Assembly: GCA_001820955.1 (NCBI GenBank)
Contig: MHRK01000047.1
Span: 1 to 55,695 of the forward strand
Reading direction: 5' to 3'
Source of the DNA: Candidatus Taylorbacteria bacterium RIFCSPHIGHO2_02_FULL_43_32b
GTDB taxonomy: Bacteria > Patescibacteriota > Minisyncoccia > Phycocordibacterales > 2-02-FULL-43-11
DNA length: 55,695 nucleotides
Part shown: positions 1 to 7,759 of the stretch, piece by piece
How the letters are laid out: the number at the start of each line of letters is the position of its first letter
How positions within the stretch are numbered: position 1 is the stretch's first letter
Program-made: the position numbers and the translations under genes
Notes under the pieces: generated by a model
Seen by the model: only the letters and a program-made list of their open reading frames with translations
Told to the model about the DNA's origin: nothing
Database searches by the model: none

Positions 1-153
1 GTCATGCGCGGCGACAGAAAGGGGTTTTGCCATATCCCTAGTATAGACGAGACGCGATAATGTGTCCACGGGTTAATTGGGGATAGTATAAAGCACGGCA
101 ATACTCATAAATTGAGCAATAAAATTATGAATATTAATGTTTCTGATATGCTC

Positions 154-177
154 CACGCTTTACGCTAAACGCTTTAC
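154..177. repeat. Word-repeat element, family F6 (acgcttt/acgctaaa words)
   Basis: The sequence is cacgctttacgctaaacgctttac. Related copies lie at 10841-10873 and 22761-22794, with a palindromic version at 46309-46386. Confidence 0.5.
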
Positions 178-273
178 CTGCCCGCCAAAGGGAGAGCCGA
201 TGTTCCGTTGCGGTACAACCTTCGGATAGTAATTTTTTCTCAACAGCCGTCCATAACTTTCCGTCCTTTGGCG

Positions 274-900
274 ATGGCGGGCGGGCACTCCGTATCTTAT
301 AATTGCCCAGTGTATACGATTTACTCTACAGAAGGCATAATTCTTCGGGCCTCCAATTCCGGAGAGGATGACAGGTCGTACTTGATTTTTACAAAAGATT
401 TCGGTTTGCTGAAGGCAGAGGGAAGAAGTGTTCGAAAACTGCAATCAAAACTGAGGTATTCGCTTCAGACCTATTCATTTGTCGATGTTTCTTTGGTGAG
501 AGGAAGGGGCAAATGGAAAATCGCCAGTTGCGTTTTGAAGCGAAATTTTTTTTCGGACATGAATGGTCAAGTTGGAGCCAAAATTATTTTAGCCAGAATT
601 TGCGCGCTTGTGCTTAGGTTGGTACAGGGGGAAGAGCGAAATGAGGCTTTATTCAACAATTTATTAAGCGGTATTTTTTTTCTTGTAGACAAAAAACCCG
701 AGGGAAATTTTCTTCGCAATGTCGAATACTTGCTCGCCTTACGCGTTCTTCATTCTCTTGGTTATTTGGGGGAGGAACCTATTTGGAAAGCTTTTACGGA
801 AACGTCCTTGTTCGAAACGGATTTGTTGATGAAAATCGATCTTGCCAAAAGGGAGGTTTTAAGCACAATTAATAGTTCGTTAAGAGAGACCCACCTCTAG
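274..900 (+). CDS. recO: DNA repair protein RecO
   Basis: ORF 208..900. The N-terminal ...YSTEGIILRASNSGEDDRSYLIFTKDFGLLKAEGRSVRKLQSKLR... resembles the RecO OB-fold region. The start is uncertain (ATG 274 or in-frame GTG 310). Confidence 0.75.
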   Translation: MAGGHSVSYNCPVYTIYSTEGIILRASNSGEDDRSYLIFTKDFGLLKAEGRSVRKLQSKLRYSLQTYSFVDVSLVRGRGKWKIASCVLKRNFFSDMNGQVGAKIILARICALVLRLVQGEERNEALFNNLLSGIFFLVDKKPEGNFLRNVEYLLALRVLHSLGYLGEEPIWKAFTETSLFETDLLMKIDLAKREVLSTINSSLRETHL

Positions 901-1020
901 TTGCATGAGAACAAAAAATCAGAAAAACTGATTGATGCCCTATGGTATAATAACCATGCATTTTGCCCGAAGCCCGGTTGGGTTTGGCAATTTGTCGATT
1001 TTTTAATTTTAATTTGACAC

Positions 1021-2967
1021 ATGCCTCCGGATTATTCTAAAAAGGGCGATGAATCAGAGAAAAGTAAGCAAATGAAAAGCCGTCTTGAAGCTTTGGAAGA
1101 CAGTGTATATTCACCGCGTTTCAAAGAAAATAGACAAAACGACGCACCAATAAGAAGCGTTCCATTTGCGGTTAGGAGAGATTGGAATCAAGAAGAAGAA
1201 AAAAAGGAGTCTGTGCCCGAAACCGTGTCTTCAAGAAATACTTACGCAATTTTAAAACAAATACTGATCGGCTCAGTGGTGCTTTTTTTCGCATCTTTGG
1301 GAGTCGCTGCTTACGTGTTCTGGGGAGGCAGTAATATAATTTCTACCAAGAATATTCTAATCAGTCTGAACACTCCATCTTCCGTAGCTGGGGGTGAAAA
1401 ATTGCCGGTTGAGATTTCAATTATTAACCAGAACAATGTGGCTCTCTTGACCGCGGAGGTTTTGGTTGAATACGGAGATGGCGGTAGGGAACCGGAAGAC
1501 CTTTCGAAAGAGTTAAGGCGTTACAGAGAGGCCATTGGGCCGATAGAAATAAACGGCAATATAAACAAAAAGTACGAAGTGGTCTTCTTTGGCGAAGAGG
1601 GGGAATCCAAGGAAATAAAAGTTACGCTTGAGTATCGAGTGAAAGGTTCAAACGCAATTTTCAAGAAAACTGAGACACAACTTGTTTCTCTTTCGTCTGC
1701 TCCGGTGTCGGTGTCAGTTGAAAGTGCGAAAGAGATTAGTGTGGGTGATGAGGCGGTATTTACTGTTAAGCTTTCTGCAAATACTTCTGAAATATTAAAT
1801 AACCCAATGATTACGGCCGATTTTCCATTCGGGTTTCAGTTTACATCGGCCGATCCGAGGCCTGTTTATGGAAATAATGTTTGGGATCTTGGCGATTTAC
1901 AGCCCGGATCGTCGAGGACTATCACTATACGCGGTAAATTTGGGGGCACGGCCGGAGAGGAAAGGTCAATGCGTTTTATTGTCGGTTCGAAAGATCCAAG
2001 AGATGCGAGAAAGATAGGTGTCATTTTCCTGGCCAAAACATTTACCGTCACACTTTCGAGGCCAAATATCGCATTGGATTTGTCTTTGGCGGGGAAACGG
2101 GACATGGAAGTGTCGGTCAAAGCCGGGAACGACATCAGAACAGATGTAATTTTTACCAACAATCTCGACACAAAAATTTCCAATATTGTTGTGGAAGTAA
2201 GGCCGAGAGGAACTATTTTTGACAGAAACTCCGTTAGCGTGACCGGAGGGTTTTATCGTTCAATTGATGGCACTGTAGTTTGGGACCAGTCGACGGCGAA
2301 GTCTTTGGAGGAATTGGGTCCGGGTGAATCGGGTTCCTTAACATTTTCTTTTAGTACTCTTCGCTCTGCCATTGGAGGGAGAACTCCGACTATGACGGTC
2401 GAAGCGACTATCACGGGAAATAAAATGTCTGAGGGCGAGATTGGCCAAATTCGTTCGACTGTCACAAAAACCGTAAAGATTGCCTCTGAAATGTCGGCAT
2501 CGGCAAAAATTTTGTACAGCACCGGACCGTTTTCGAATACAGGTCCTGTGCCTCCCATTGCGGAACAAGAAACAACTTACACAGTGATGCTTGGAGTTAC
2601 GAACAGTACCAATGATTTGTCCGATGTTCAGGTGGTGACCAGTCTGCCGATTTATGCCACCTGGCTCAACAAAATCAGCCCGGAATTTGAAGTTTTGAAA
2701 TACAATCCGGCTGGCGGCGGAATTGTATGGGACGTTAATGATTTGGGTGCCGGAGAAACAAGAGAAGTTTATTTCCAGGTTTCTTTTCTGCCGAGTATCA
2801 ACCAGATCGGATTTAGTCCGGATCTCATAAAAGAGGTTCGTGCCTCAGGTTACGATAGTTTTACTGGTACGACACTCCAAGTTTCTCCGAGCGAGCGAAA
2901 TTATGACATTAGGCTTGTCGATGACTCGGCATATTCGAGCAAGGGCGGACCGGTGAAGAGAAATTAA
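1021..2967 (+). CDS. Membrane-anchored hypothetical protein with a large beta-rich extracytoplasmic region
   Basis: 648-aa ORF with a charged N-terminus, one hydrophobic helix (ILIGSVVLFFASLGVAAYVFW) and a long S/T/V/G-rich region. No recognisable catalytic motif. Confidence 0.7.
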   Translation: MPPDYSKKGDESEKSKQMKSRLEALEDSVYSPRFKENRQNDAPIRSVPFAVRRDWNQEEEKKESVPETVSSRNTYAILKQILIGSVVLFFASLGVAAYVFWGGSNIISTKNILISLNTPSSVAGGEKLPVEISIINQNNVALLTAEVLVEYGDGGREPEDLSKELRRYREAIGPIEINGNINKKYEVVFFGEEGESKEIKVTLEYRVKGSNAIFKKTETQLVSLSSAPVSVSVESAKEISVGDEAVFTVKLSANTSEILNNPMITADFPFGFQFTSADPRPVYGNNVWDLGDLQPGSSRTITIRGKFGGTAGEERSMRFIVGSKDPRDARKIGVIFLAKTFTVTLSRPNIALDLSLAGKRDMEVSVKAGNDIRTDVIFTNNLDTKISNIVVEVRPRGTIFDRNSVSVTGGFYRSIDGTVVWDQSTAKSLEELGPGESGSLTFSFSTLRSAIGGRTPTMTVEATITGNKMSEGEIGQIRSTVTKTVKIASEMSASAKILYSTGPFSNTGPVPPIAEQETTYTVMLGVTNSTNDLSDVQVVTSLPIYATWLNKISPEFEVLKYNPAGGGIVWDVNDLGAGETREVYFQVSFLPSINQIGFSPDLIKEVRASGYDSFTGTTLQVSPSERNYDIRLVDDSAYSSKGGPVKRN

Positions 2968-3117
2968 AAAAGAGGTGAGTATTGAAGCGAATAATTTTAC
3001 ATTTTGATTTTTTAAGTTTACATTAGCGATATGTCACTACCAGAAGATTGGACCCGTCCCGTTAGAAGTTTGGCGAACAAGGCTCTAAAGTAAATTTGTA
3101 AACTGATTTTAAATATC

Positions 3118-4524
3118 ATGGTTAACAAGCAAGTAAGTGATATTCCTAATGGGATGGAAAAAATAATCTCGCTTTGCAAAAGGCGGGGATTCATTTACCA
3201 GGGTTCGGAAATCTACGGCGGATTGGCAGGAATGTATGATTTTGGTCCTTATGGGGTTGAGTTACTTAACAAAATAAAAGCTTCATGGTGGAAAGAACAC
3301 GTTTATAACAGGGATAATTATGTAGGGTTGGATTCTGCCATATTTAAAGACCCTAGGGTTTGGGAAGCATCCGGACACACGAAGGGTTTTGCTGATCCGT
3401 TGTCGGAATGCAAGAGATGCAACACCCGCATTCGGGTCGACAAAGAACTGGAGGAAATTGGCGTTGTCGCCGATGAGAAGATGAGTGAAGCAAAGCTTAA
3501 CGAACTCTTTAGTGCAAATAAATCTAAAATAAAATGCCCTCAATGCGGCGCTCGTGATTTTACGGAGGTTAGGGCATTTAACTTGCTGGTAAAATCTAAC
3601 CTGGGCGATTTTACAAGTACGGGTGAGCGTCCGGTTTACCTCCCGGGTGAAGCCTGTCAGGGAATTTATCTCAATTACAAAAATATATTGAATTCAACGC
3701 GCGTAAAAGTTCCATTTGGTGTGGCCCAAATCGGTAAAGCTTTCCGAAACGAAATTTCGCCTCGAAATTTCCTATTTCGGACGCGGGAATTTGAACAAGC
3801 TGATACTCAGTTGTTTATTCGCCCTCACGAGAATAAGGAGGCGTATGAGCGGATGAAAAAAGAAAGATGGGATTGGTACCTTAGTCTGGGTATACGGGCA
3901 GAAAATCTGAAATGGAAACAGCACGAAAATTTGGTGTTTTATGCCTCCGATGCTTGGGATATTTTGTACAATTTTCCTACCTACGGATTTGATGAGGTGG
4001 AAGGCATTCACGATCGAACTGATTATGATCTCACTCAACATATGAAGTACTCAGGGGTAGATTTGAGTTATACCGATCCACAAACAAAGGAAAAATTTAT
4101 TCCCTGGATTCTTGAGACATCAATGGGTTTAGGGCGAGTGTTCCTTGCGGTTCTTTCGGACGCCTACACTGAAGATCTGCTAGGGGGGGAGCCGCGTATT
4201 GTACTCAAATTGGCTGGCCATCTTGCTCCGGTAAAAGTAGCGGTTTTCCCTCTTCTTAGAAACAAGCCCGAACTTGTTCAAAAGGCGGAAGAAGTTCATC
4301 GCATGCTGAAAGGAAAAATTGCTGGCCTCGTGGAATTCGACGATAACGGCAACATCGGCAAGCGCTACCGCCGCCAGGACGAGATAGGAACGCCATATTG
4401 CGTGACGATCGATTTCGATTCTTTGGAGAAGGGCGACGTTACGGTACGCGACAGAGATAACGGAAAACAGGATAGGATAAAAATTGATGAGCTCGCCGCT
4501 TTTTTCAAGCAGAAATTCAGTTAG
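3118..4524 (+). CDS. glyQS: Glycine--tRNA ligase (class II, homodimeric GlyQS type)
   Basis: Contains MEKIISLCKRRGFIYQGSEIYGGLAGMYDFGPYGVELLNKIK..., FRNEISPRNFLFRTREFEQ (class II motif 2-like) and an anticodon-binding C-terminus. Confidence 0.93.
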   Translation: MVNKQVSDIPNGMEKIISLCKRRGFIYQGSEIYGGLAGMYDFGPYGVELLNKIKASWWKEHVYNRDNYVGLDSAIFKDPRVWEASGHTKGFADPLSECKRCNTRIRVDKELEEIGVVADEKMSEAKLNELFSANKSKIKCPQCGARDFTEVRAFNLLVKSNLGDFTSTGERPVYLPGEACQGIYLNYKNILNSTRVKVPFGVAQIGKAFRNEISPRNFLFRTREFEQADTQLFIRPHENKEAYERMKKERWDWYLSLGIRAENLKWKQHENLVFYASDAWDILYNFPTYGFDEVEGIHDRTDYDLTQHMKYSGVDLSYTDPQTKEKFIPWILETSMGLGRVFLAVLSDAYTEDLLGGEPRIVLKLAGHLAPVKVAVFPLLRNKPELVQKAEEVHRMLKGKIAGLVEFDDNGNIGKRYRRQDEIGTPYCVTIDFDSLEKGDVTVRDRDNGKQDRIKIDELAAFFKQKFS

Positions 4525-4529
4525 AGCCT

Positions 4530-4700
4530 GTTCACAATCTAATGCCCAGGCCAAACTTTAAAATTTCGAGCGAAAATTTCACAATTCGACGAGGCATATC
4601 GAGATATGTCGAGGAGAAGTGGGTAATTTGCAGCCGAAATTTTAAAGTTTGGGCGGGCAAGCGATGTGTTTCAGCATACTCTTGCGGTTAGATTGTGAGC
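4530..4700. repeat. Large imperfect palindromic element E1 with conserved 26-nt core
   Basis: Outer arms are gttcacaatctaa / ttagattgtgagc and inner arms are ccaaactttaaaatttcg / cgaaattttaaagtttgg. The core cgaggcatatcgagatatgtcgagga (4590-4615) recurs as its reverse complement at 32378-32403. Confidence 0.65.
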
Positions 4701-4752
4701 AGTCTCTCAGATTCCATTTTTAGGTGTTTTGCGCTAGTCTTTGGACTAGCTT

Positions 4753-4980
4753 ATGAACAGCGTTCATTGTTGGGAAATGCGTGGAGATTTTGAATTCAAA
4801 CTGGACCACTCCATTTTCTATTTCAGTGCTGTGCGTGTTCGCAAACCTTTTAGCGCTGAAGTGTTCAGGATATACAAGCAGGGGAACGACGCCACAGAGT
4901 CTAACTTATGCGATATGACTTTCAAAATGGATGATGTCCTTGAGATTAGATACGATGGCAATCGAGTTTGGCCAGTTTAG
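4753..4980 (+). CDS. Hypothetical small protein (75 aa)
   Basis: ORF-track ORF followed by the hairpin accaagg..ccttggtttttt (4982-5008). No recognisable motif. Confidence 0.35.
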   Translation: MNSVHCWEMRGDFEFKLDHSIFYFSAVRVRKPFSAEVFRIYKQGNDATESNLCDMTFKMDDVLEIRYDGNRVWPV

Positions 4981-4981
4981 A

Positions 4982-5008
4982 CGACCAAGGTGATTCCTTG
5001 GTTTTTTG
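4982..5008 (+). terminator. Intrinsic terminator-like hairpin
   Basis: Stem accaagg-tgatt-ccttggt followed by a T-run. Confidence 0.5.
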
Positions 5009-5171
5009 TTGGTGGGAAGTCTTTTAATTGGTGCTAAATGTTTACAGGCATCTGTAATGCCAAATTTTGTTGACAAGTATGGCTAATTATGCTACTCTTG
5101 TTAGAGCAAGATACCCTTGCGACTGATTCGGCAGATTTCCGAAAGCACATTTAGTAAAGAAAGGAAAAACG

Positions 5172-5870
5172 ATGAACACTGTCATCGACGCAGGATCGGC
5201 CAAATTGGCTGGCTTGCAAATCGACACCCTCTCGAAATATCGGGCGGGTCAGCTCACTCTCGATCAATGGGAGCGGTTCAACAACCTCTCTCCGGATGAT
5301 CGGGAAGCACGTTTCGGCGATTGGAAGAAGCCGGAGCCCCGACGCCAAGAGGCGCCTGCGGAACCCACCGAAAAGTTCGCTCTGCTCGTGGACCTCGGCA
5401 TCATTACGGTGCCCGATGATTACGTGCACGACAAGCGGCTCACGAAGTTCGGTAAGCAGAACCGCAAAAAGTTCTATTACTACAGCGACGAGATCACCGA
5501 CAAGAACTTCCCGAATCCGACTCGGGTCCTGAAGCCTGGCGACAAGCTCCGCGTTCGCGCGTTCAAGCAAATCGTCCCCGGCACGACCACCTCGGAAGAG
5601 CGTATGGCGTTCTTGGCAACGGAAAAGGCCATCCACACCGGCGCACAAGGTGCGTCCCTCGTCTTTGATCAGAAGCGCGATCAACTGCCGAAAGGTAAGT
5701 GGTATACTTCCTTCGATGAAAAGGATCGTCTCTGGGCAGATGCCGACGGCTACCACGAGGTGCCGCTCGTGCTCTGCTACTCGGGCGGTGGCTTCCAGTT
5801 TCCCCTTGGCGTCTTCGAGAATGTCTGGGACGACGGCTATGCCTTCCTCTGCTTCTGCGACGTCGAGTAG
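5172..5870 (+). CDS. DGR variable (target) protein with a C-terminal VR
   Basis: 232-aa ORF, visibly GC-richer than its flanks. The last ~41 codons (ADGYHEVPLVLCYSGGGFQFPLGVFENVWDDGYAFLCFCD) align with the TR. An AGGA-type RBS lies upstream. Confidence 0.85.
   Translation: MNTVIDAGSAKLAGLQIDTLSKYRAGQLTLDQWERFNNLSPDDREARFGDWKKPEPRRQEAPAEPTEKFALLVDLGIITVPDDYVHDKRLTKFGKQNRKKFYYYSDEITDKNFPNPTRVLKPGDKLRVRAFKQIVPGTTTSEERMAFLATEKAIHTGAQGASLVFDQKRDQLPKGKWYTSFDEKDRLWADADGYHEVPLVLCYSGGGFQFPLGVFENVWDDGYAFLCFCDVE
5740..5861 (+). repeat. DGR variable region (VR)
   Basis: Ungapped match to 6234-6355. I count 19 mismatches: 18 opposite TR adenines and one C/T (6295 vs 5801). Confidence 0.9.
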
Positions 5871-5920
5871 CCCTTGGAAACTTGGGCACTCAGTTTGTTC
5901 TTCGGGTCCTTAGACCCTTT

Positions 5921-5955
5921 GAGCCCTTGCTTCACCGCGAGGGCTCAATTTTTTT
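5921..5955 (+). terminator. Intrinsic terminator after the DGR target gene
   Basis: Stem gagccct-tgcttcaccgcg-agggctc followed by aattttttt. A smaller hairpin gggtc-ctta-gaccc lies at 5904-5917. Confidence 0.6.
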
Positions 5956-6233
5956 ATATAAATTTTGTATAATATTGTCCGGAACCTAGATAGCGCATGC
6001 GGCCACGGTTTCATGCCATCGAATTCTCGTTTAAGGAATCAGCGAGCGGTCCGTCGGGTAACCCAGTAGGTCATTCTGCTGAATGAGCTTTACGGACGAG
6101 TGCTACCTTTCATGAAAAAATCAAATAAGTCGGTGCGATGTGCCAGCGAGTATAAGACTCGGAATAAAATTCAAAGGGGAGCTGGTGCTCTTCTTGGTGA
6201 GATAGACGGCGCGTCGTACATTGCTGATGAGGT

Positions 6234-6355
6234 ATGCCGACGGCAACCACAAGGTGCCGAACGTGAACTGCAACTCGGACGGTGACTTCAAGTTCAACCT
6301 TGGCAACTTCGAGAATGTCTGGAACGACGACAATGCCTTCCTCTGCTTCTGCAAC
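6234..6355 (+). repeat. DGR template repeat (TR)
   Basis: In the VR-equivalent frame it has 8 AAC codons, and all 8 are altered in the VR. It is non-coding in context (the ORF-track ORF 6221..6466 just reads through it). Confidence 0.9.
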
Positions 6356-6366
6356 TCAAATGATTT

Positions 6367-6389
6367 CTCCCACTACTTGTTAGTGGGAG
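6367..6389. terminator. 9-bp hairpin straddling the Avd stop codon, 12 nt after the TR
   Basis: Stem ctcccacta-cttgt-tagtgggag followed by ttttg on the + strand. Possibly a bidirectional terminator or a structured part of the TR RNA 3' region. Confidence 0.45.
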
Positions 6390-6714
6390 TTTTGTCTCCA
6401 AGGTTTTTCTTCCATCCACCAAGCATGCGCCCGACCTCATCCAATAGTAAAATGAGAGCACCGTAACTTTTATGGTCAATGACTTTATGTTCCCAGCTTA
6501 ACTGTAGAAAGAATTTGAGAAGATCAGCTTTTGCGATAGCCTGGGATACCAGGGATAGTTTCTCGAATTTGTCATAGGCAAAACAACCTCTGAATATCAG
6601 TTCGAGAAGTGAGAGGAAAATATCATCAACTTTTGCACCGATCGTATAGCGATCGACACGTTTTAAATTTGCGATTGAGCTATGCCACGCTTGATAAGCT
6701 TCTTTCGCACGCAC
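6373..6714 (-). CDS. avd: Avd-like accessory protein (four-helix-bundle / '23S rRNA intervening sequence protein' family)
   Basis: 113 aa, all-helical. ...IANLKRVDRYTIGAKVDDIFLSLLELIFRG...ALILLLDEVGRMLGGWKKNL resembles this family, which includes the Bordetella phage Avd. Confidence 0.75.
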   Translation of the reverse strand: MRAKEAYQAWHSSIANLKRVDRYTIGAKVDDIFLSLLELIFRGCFAYDKFEKLSLVSQAIAKADLLKFFLQLSWEHKVIDHKSYGALILLLDEVGRMLGGWKKNLGDKTPTNK

Positions 6715-6735
6715 AAGAACAAGCGGGATTGTTGC

Positions 6736-6746
6736 GGGGGGGGGGG
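6736..6746. repeat. G11 homopolymer tract between the divergent Avd-like and RT genes
   Basis: The run gttgc-ggggggggggg-tgac was counted directly from the sequence. Confidence 0.9.
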
Positions 6747-6772
6747 TGACTTACTGGTTTATTCTGCTCGTC

Positions 6773-7759
6773 ATGTTTACTCATACATACAATTCTATCA
6801 TTACGATTGAAAATTTACTCCTGACGTGGGAAAGGTTTTTGCGCGGCAAAAAGCACAAAAAGGATGTAATTAAATTTCAGGCCGAGCTGGCAACAAATAT
6901 AGCCAGCCTTTATGCAGACCTCAAAAACAAAACCTACATTCACGGTCCATATTCAGCGTTCAATATTTCTGATCCAAAGCCTCGCAACATCCACAAAGCA
7001 ACAGTGCGCGATAGAGTGTTGCATCATTTGATTTACAAAGAATTATATTGGCATTTTCATACTAGGTTTATTTATGATTCTTACTCATGCCGAAAGCATA
7101 AGGGAACGCACAAAGCCCTCGATCGTTTCAAGGACTTTGCTCGCAAGGTATCAAAGAATCATACGCGCACATGTTTTGTACTCAAGTGCGATATTAAAAA
7201 GTTTTTTGCGAGTGTTGACCATGCGGTTCTTATAAAAATCCTTGAACGCCATATTGCTGATCCCGATATCCATTGGCTCATAAATCAGGTTATCTCCAGT
7301 TTTCACACAACAGCTCCGGGTGTCGGATTACCGCTTGGTAATCTCACGTCTCAACTTCTCGTGAACGTATACATGCATGAATTTGACATGTACATCAAAC
7401 AGGAATTAAGAGTGAAATATTATTTACGATACGTAGATGATTTTGTGATTATGCATTATGACAAAAAAGTGATCATGGAAGCGTTGCCGAAAGTCCGCGA
7501 TTTTTTGGAAAATCGTCTCAAATTGTCGTTGCATCCGGATAAGGTTTTCATTAAGACGGCGTCTTCGGGCGTCGATTTTCTGGGATGGATTCACTATCCA
7601 AAACATCGAGTTTTGAGAACGGCGACGAAAAAGAGAATGTTGAGAAAGATCACCGCTACTTCTAAGCCAGAGACCGTCGCCTCGTACCTCGGACTTTTAT
7701 CGCACGGTAATTGCTTCAAATTGAGTCAGACGATATCACGTGGTAGACTTGCAAAATGA
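6773..7759 (+). CDS. DGR-type reverse transcriptase
   Basis: PRNIHKATVRDRVLHHLIY, LPLGNLTSQLLVNVYM (the [LIV]GxxxSQ signature of DGR RTs), YLRYVDDFVIM (YxDD) and GVDFLGW. The start is taken at ATG 6773; the ORF track begins at GTG 6746 inside the G-run. Confidence 0.9.
   Translation: MFTHTYNSIITIENLLLTWERFLRGKKHKKDVIKFQAELATNIASLYADLKNKTYIHGPYSAFNISDPKPRNIHKATVRDRVLHHLIYKELYWHFHTRFIYDSYSCRKHKGTHKALDRFKDFARKVSKNHTRTCFVLKCDIKKFFASVDHAVLIKILERHIADPDIHWLINQVISSFHTTAPGVGLPLGNLTSQLLVNVYMHEFDMYIKQELRVKYYLRYVDDFVIMHYDKKVIMEALPKVRDFLENRLKLSLHPDKVFIKTASSGVDFLGWIHYPKHRVLRTATKKRMLRKITATSKPETVASYLGLLSHGNCFKLSQTISRGRLAK

Larger units (their letters stand above)
5172..7759 (+). mobile_element. Diversity-generating retroelement (target gene with VR, TR, Avd-like gene, RT)
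   Basis: The 122-nt TR/VR pair has adenine-specific mismatches. The RT carries DGR hallmark motifs, and a four-helix-bundle Avd-like ORF lies between TR and RT. Confidence 0.9.

Noticed and set aside
5151-5913. Long overlapping ORFs in the DGR target region (5151..5756 -, 5563..5889 -, 5296..5532 +, 5650..5913 +).
   Set aside because: These are typical out-of-frame or antisense ORFs produced by GC-rich DNA (Arg/Ser/Pro-rich translations). Only the frame containing the VR is supported.
6221-6466. ORF-track ORF reading through the template repeat.
   Set aside because: Its only meaningful similarity is the TR-encoded copy of the VR peptide. It lacks the rest of the target protein and runs antisense into the Avd-like gene, so it is treated as non-coding TR.
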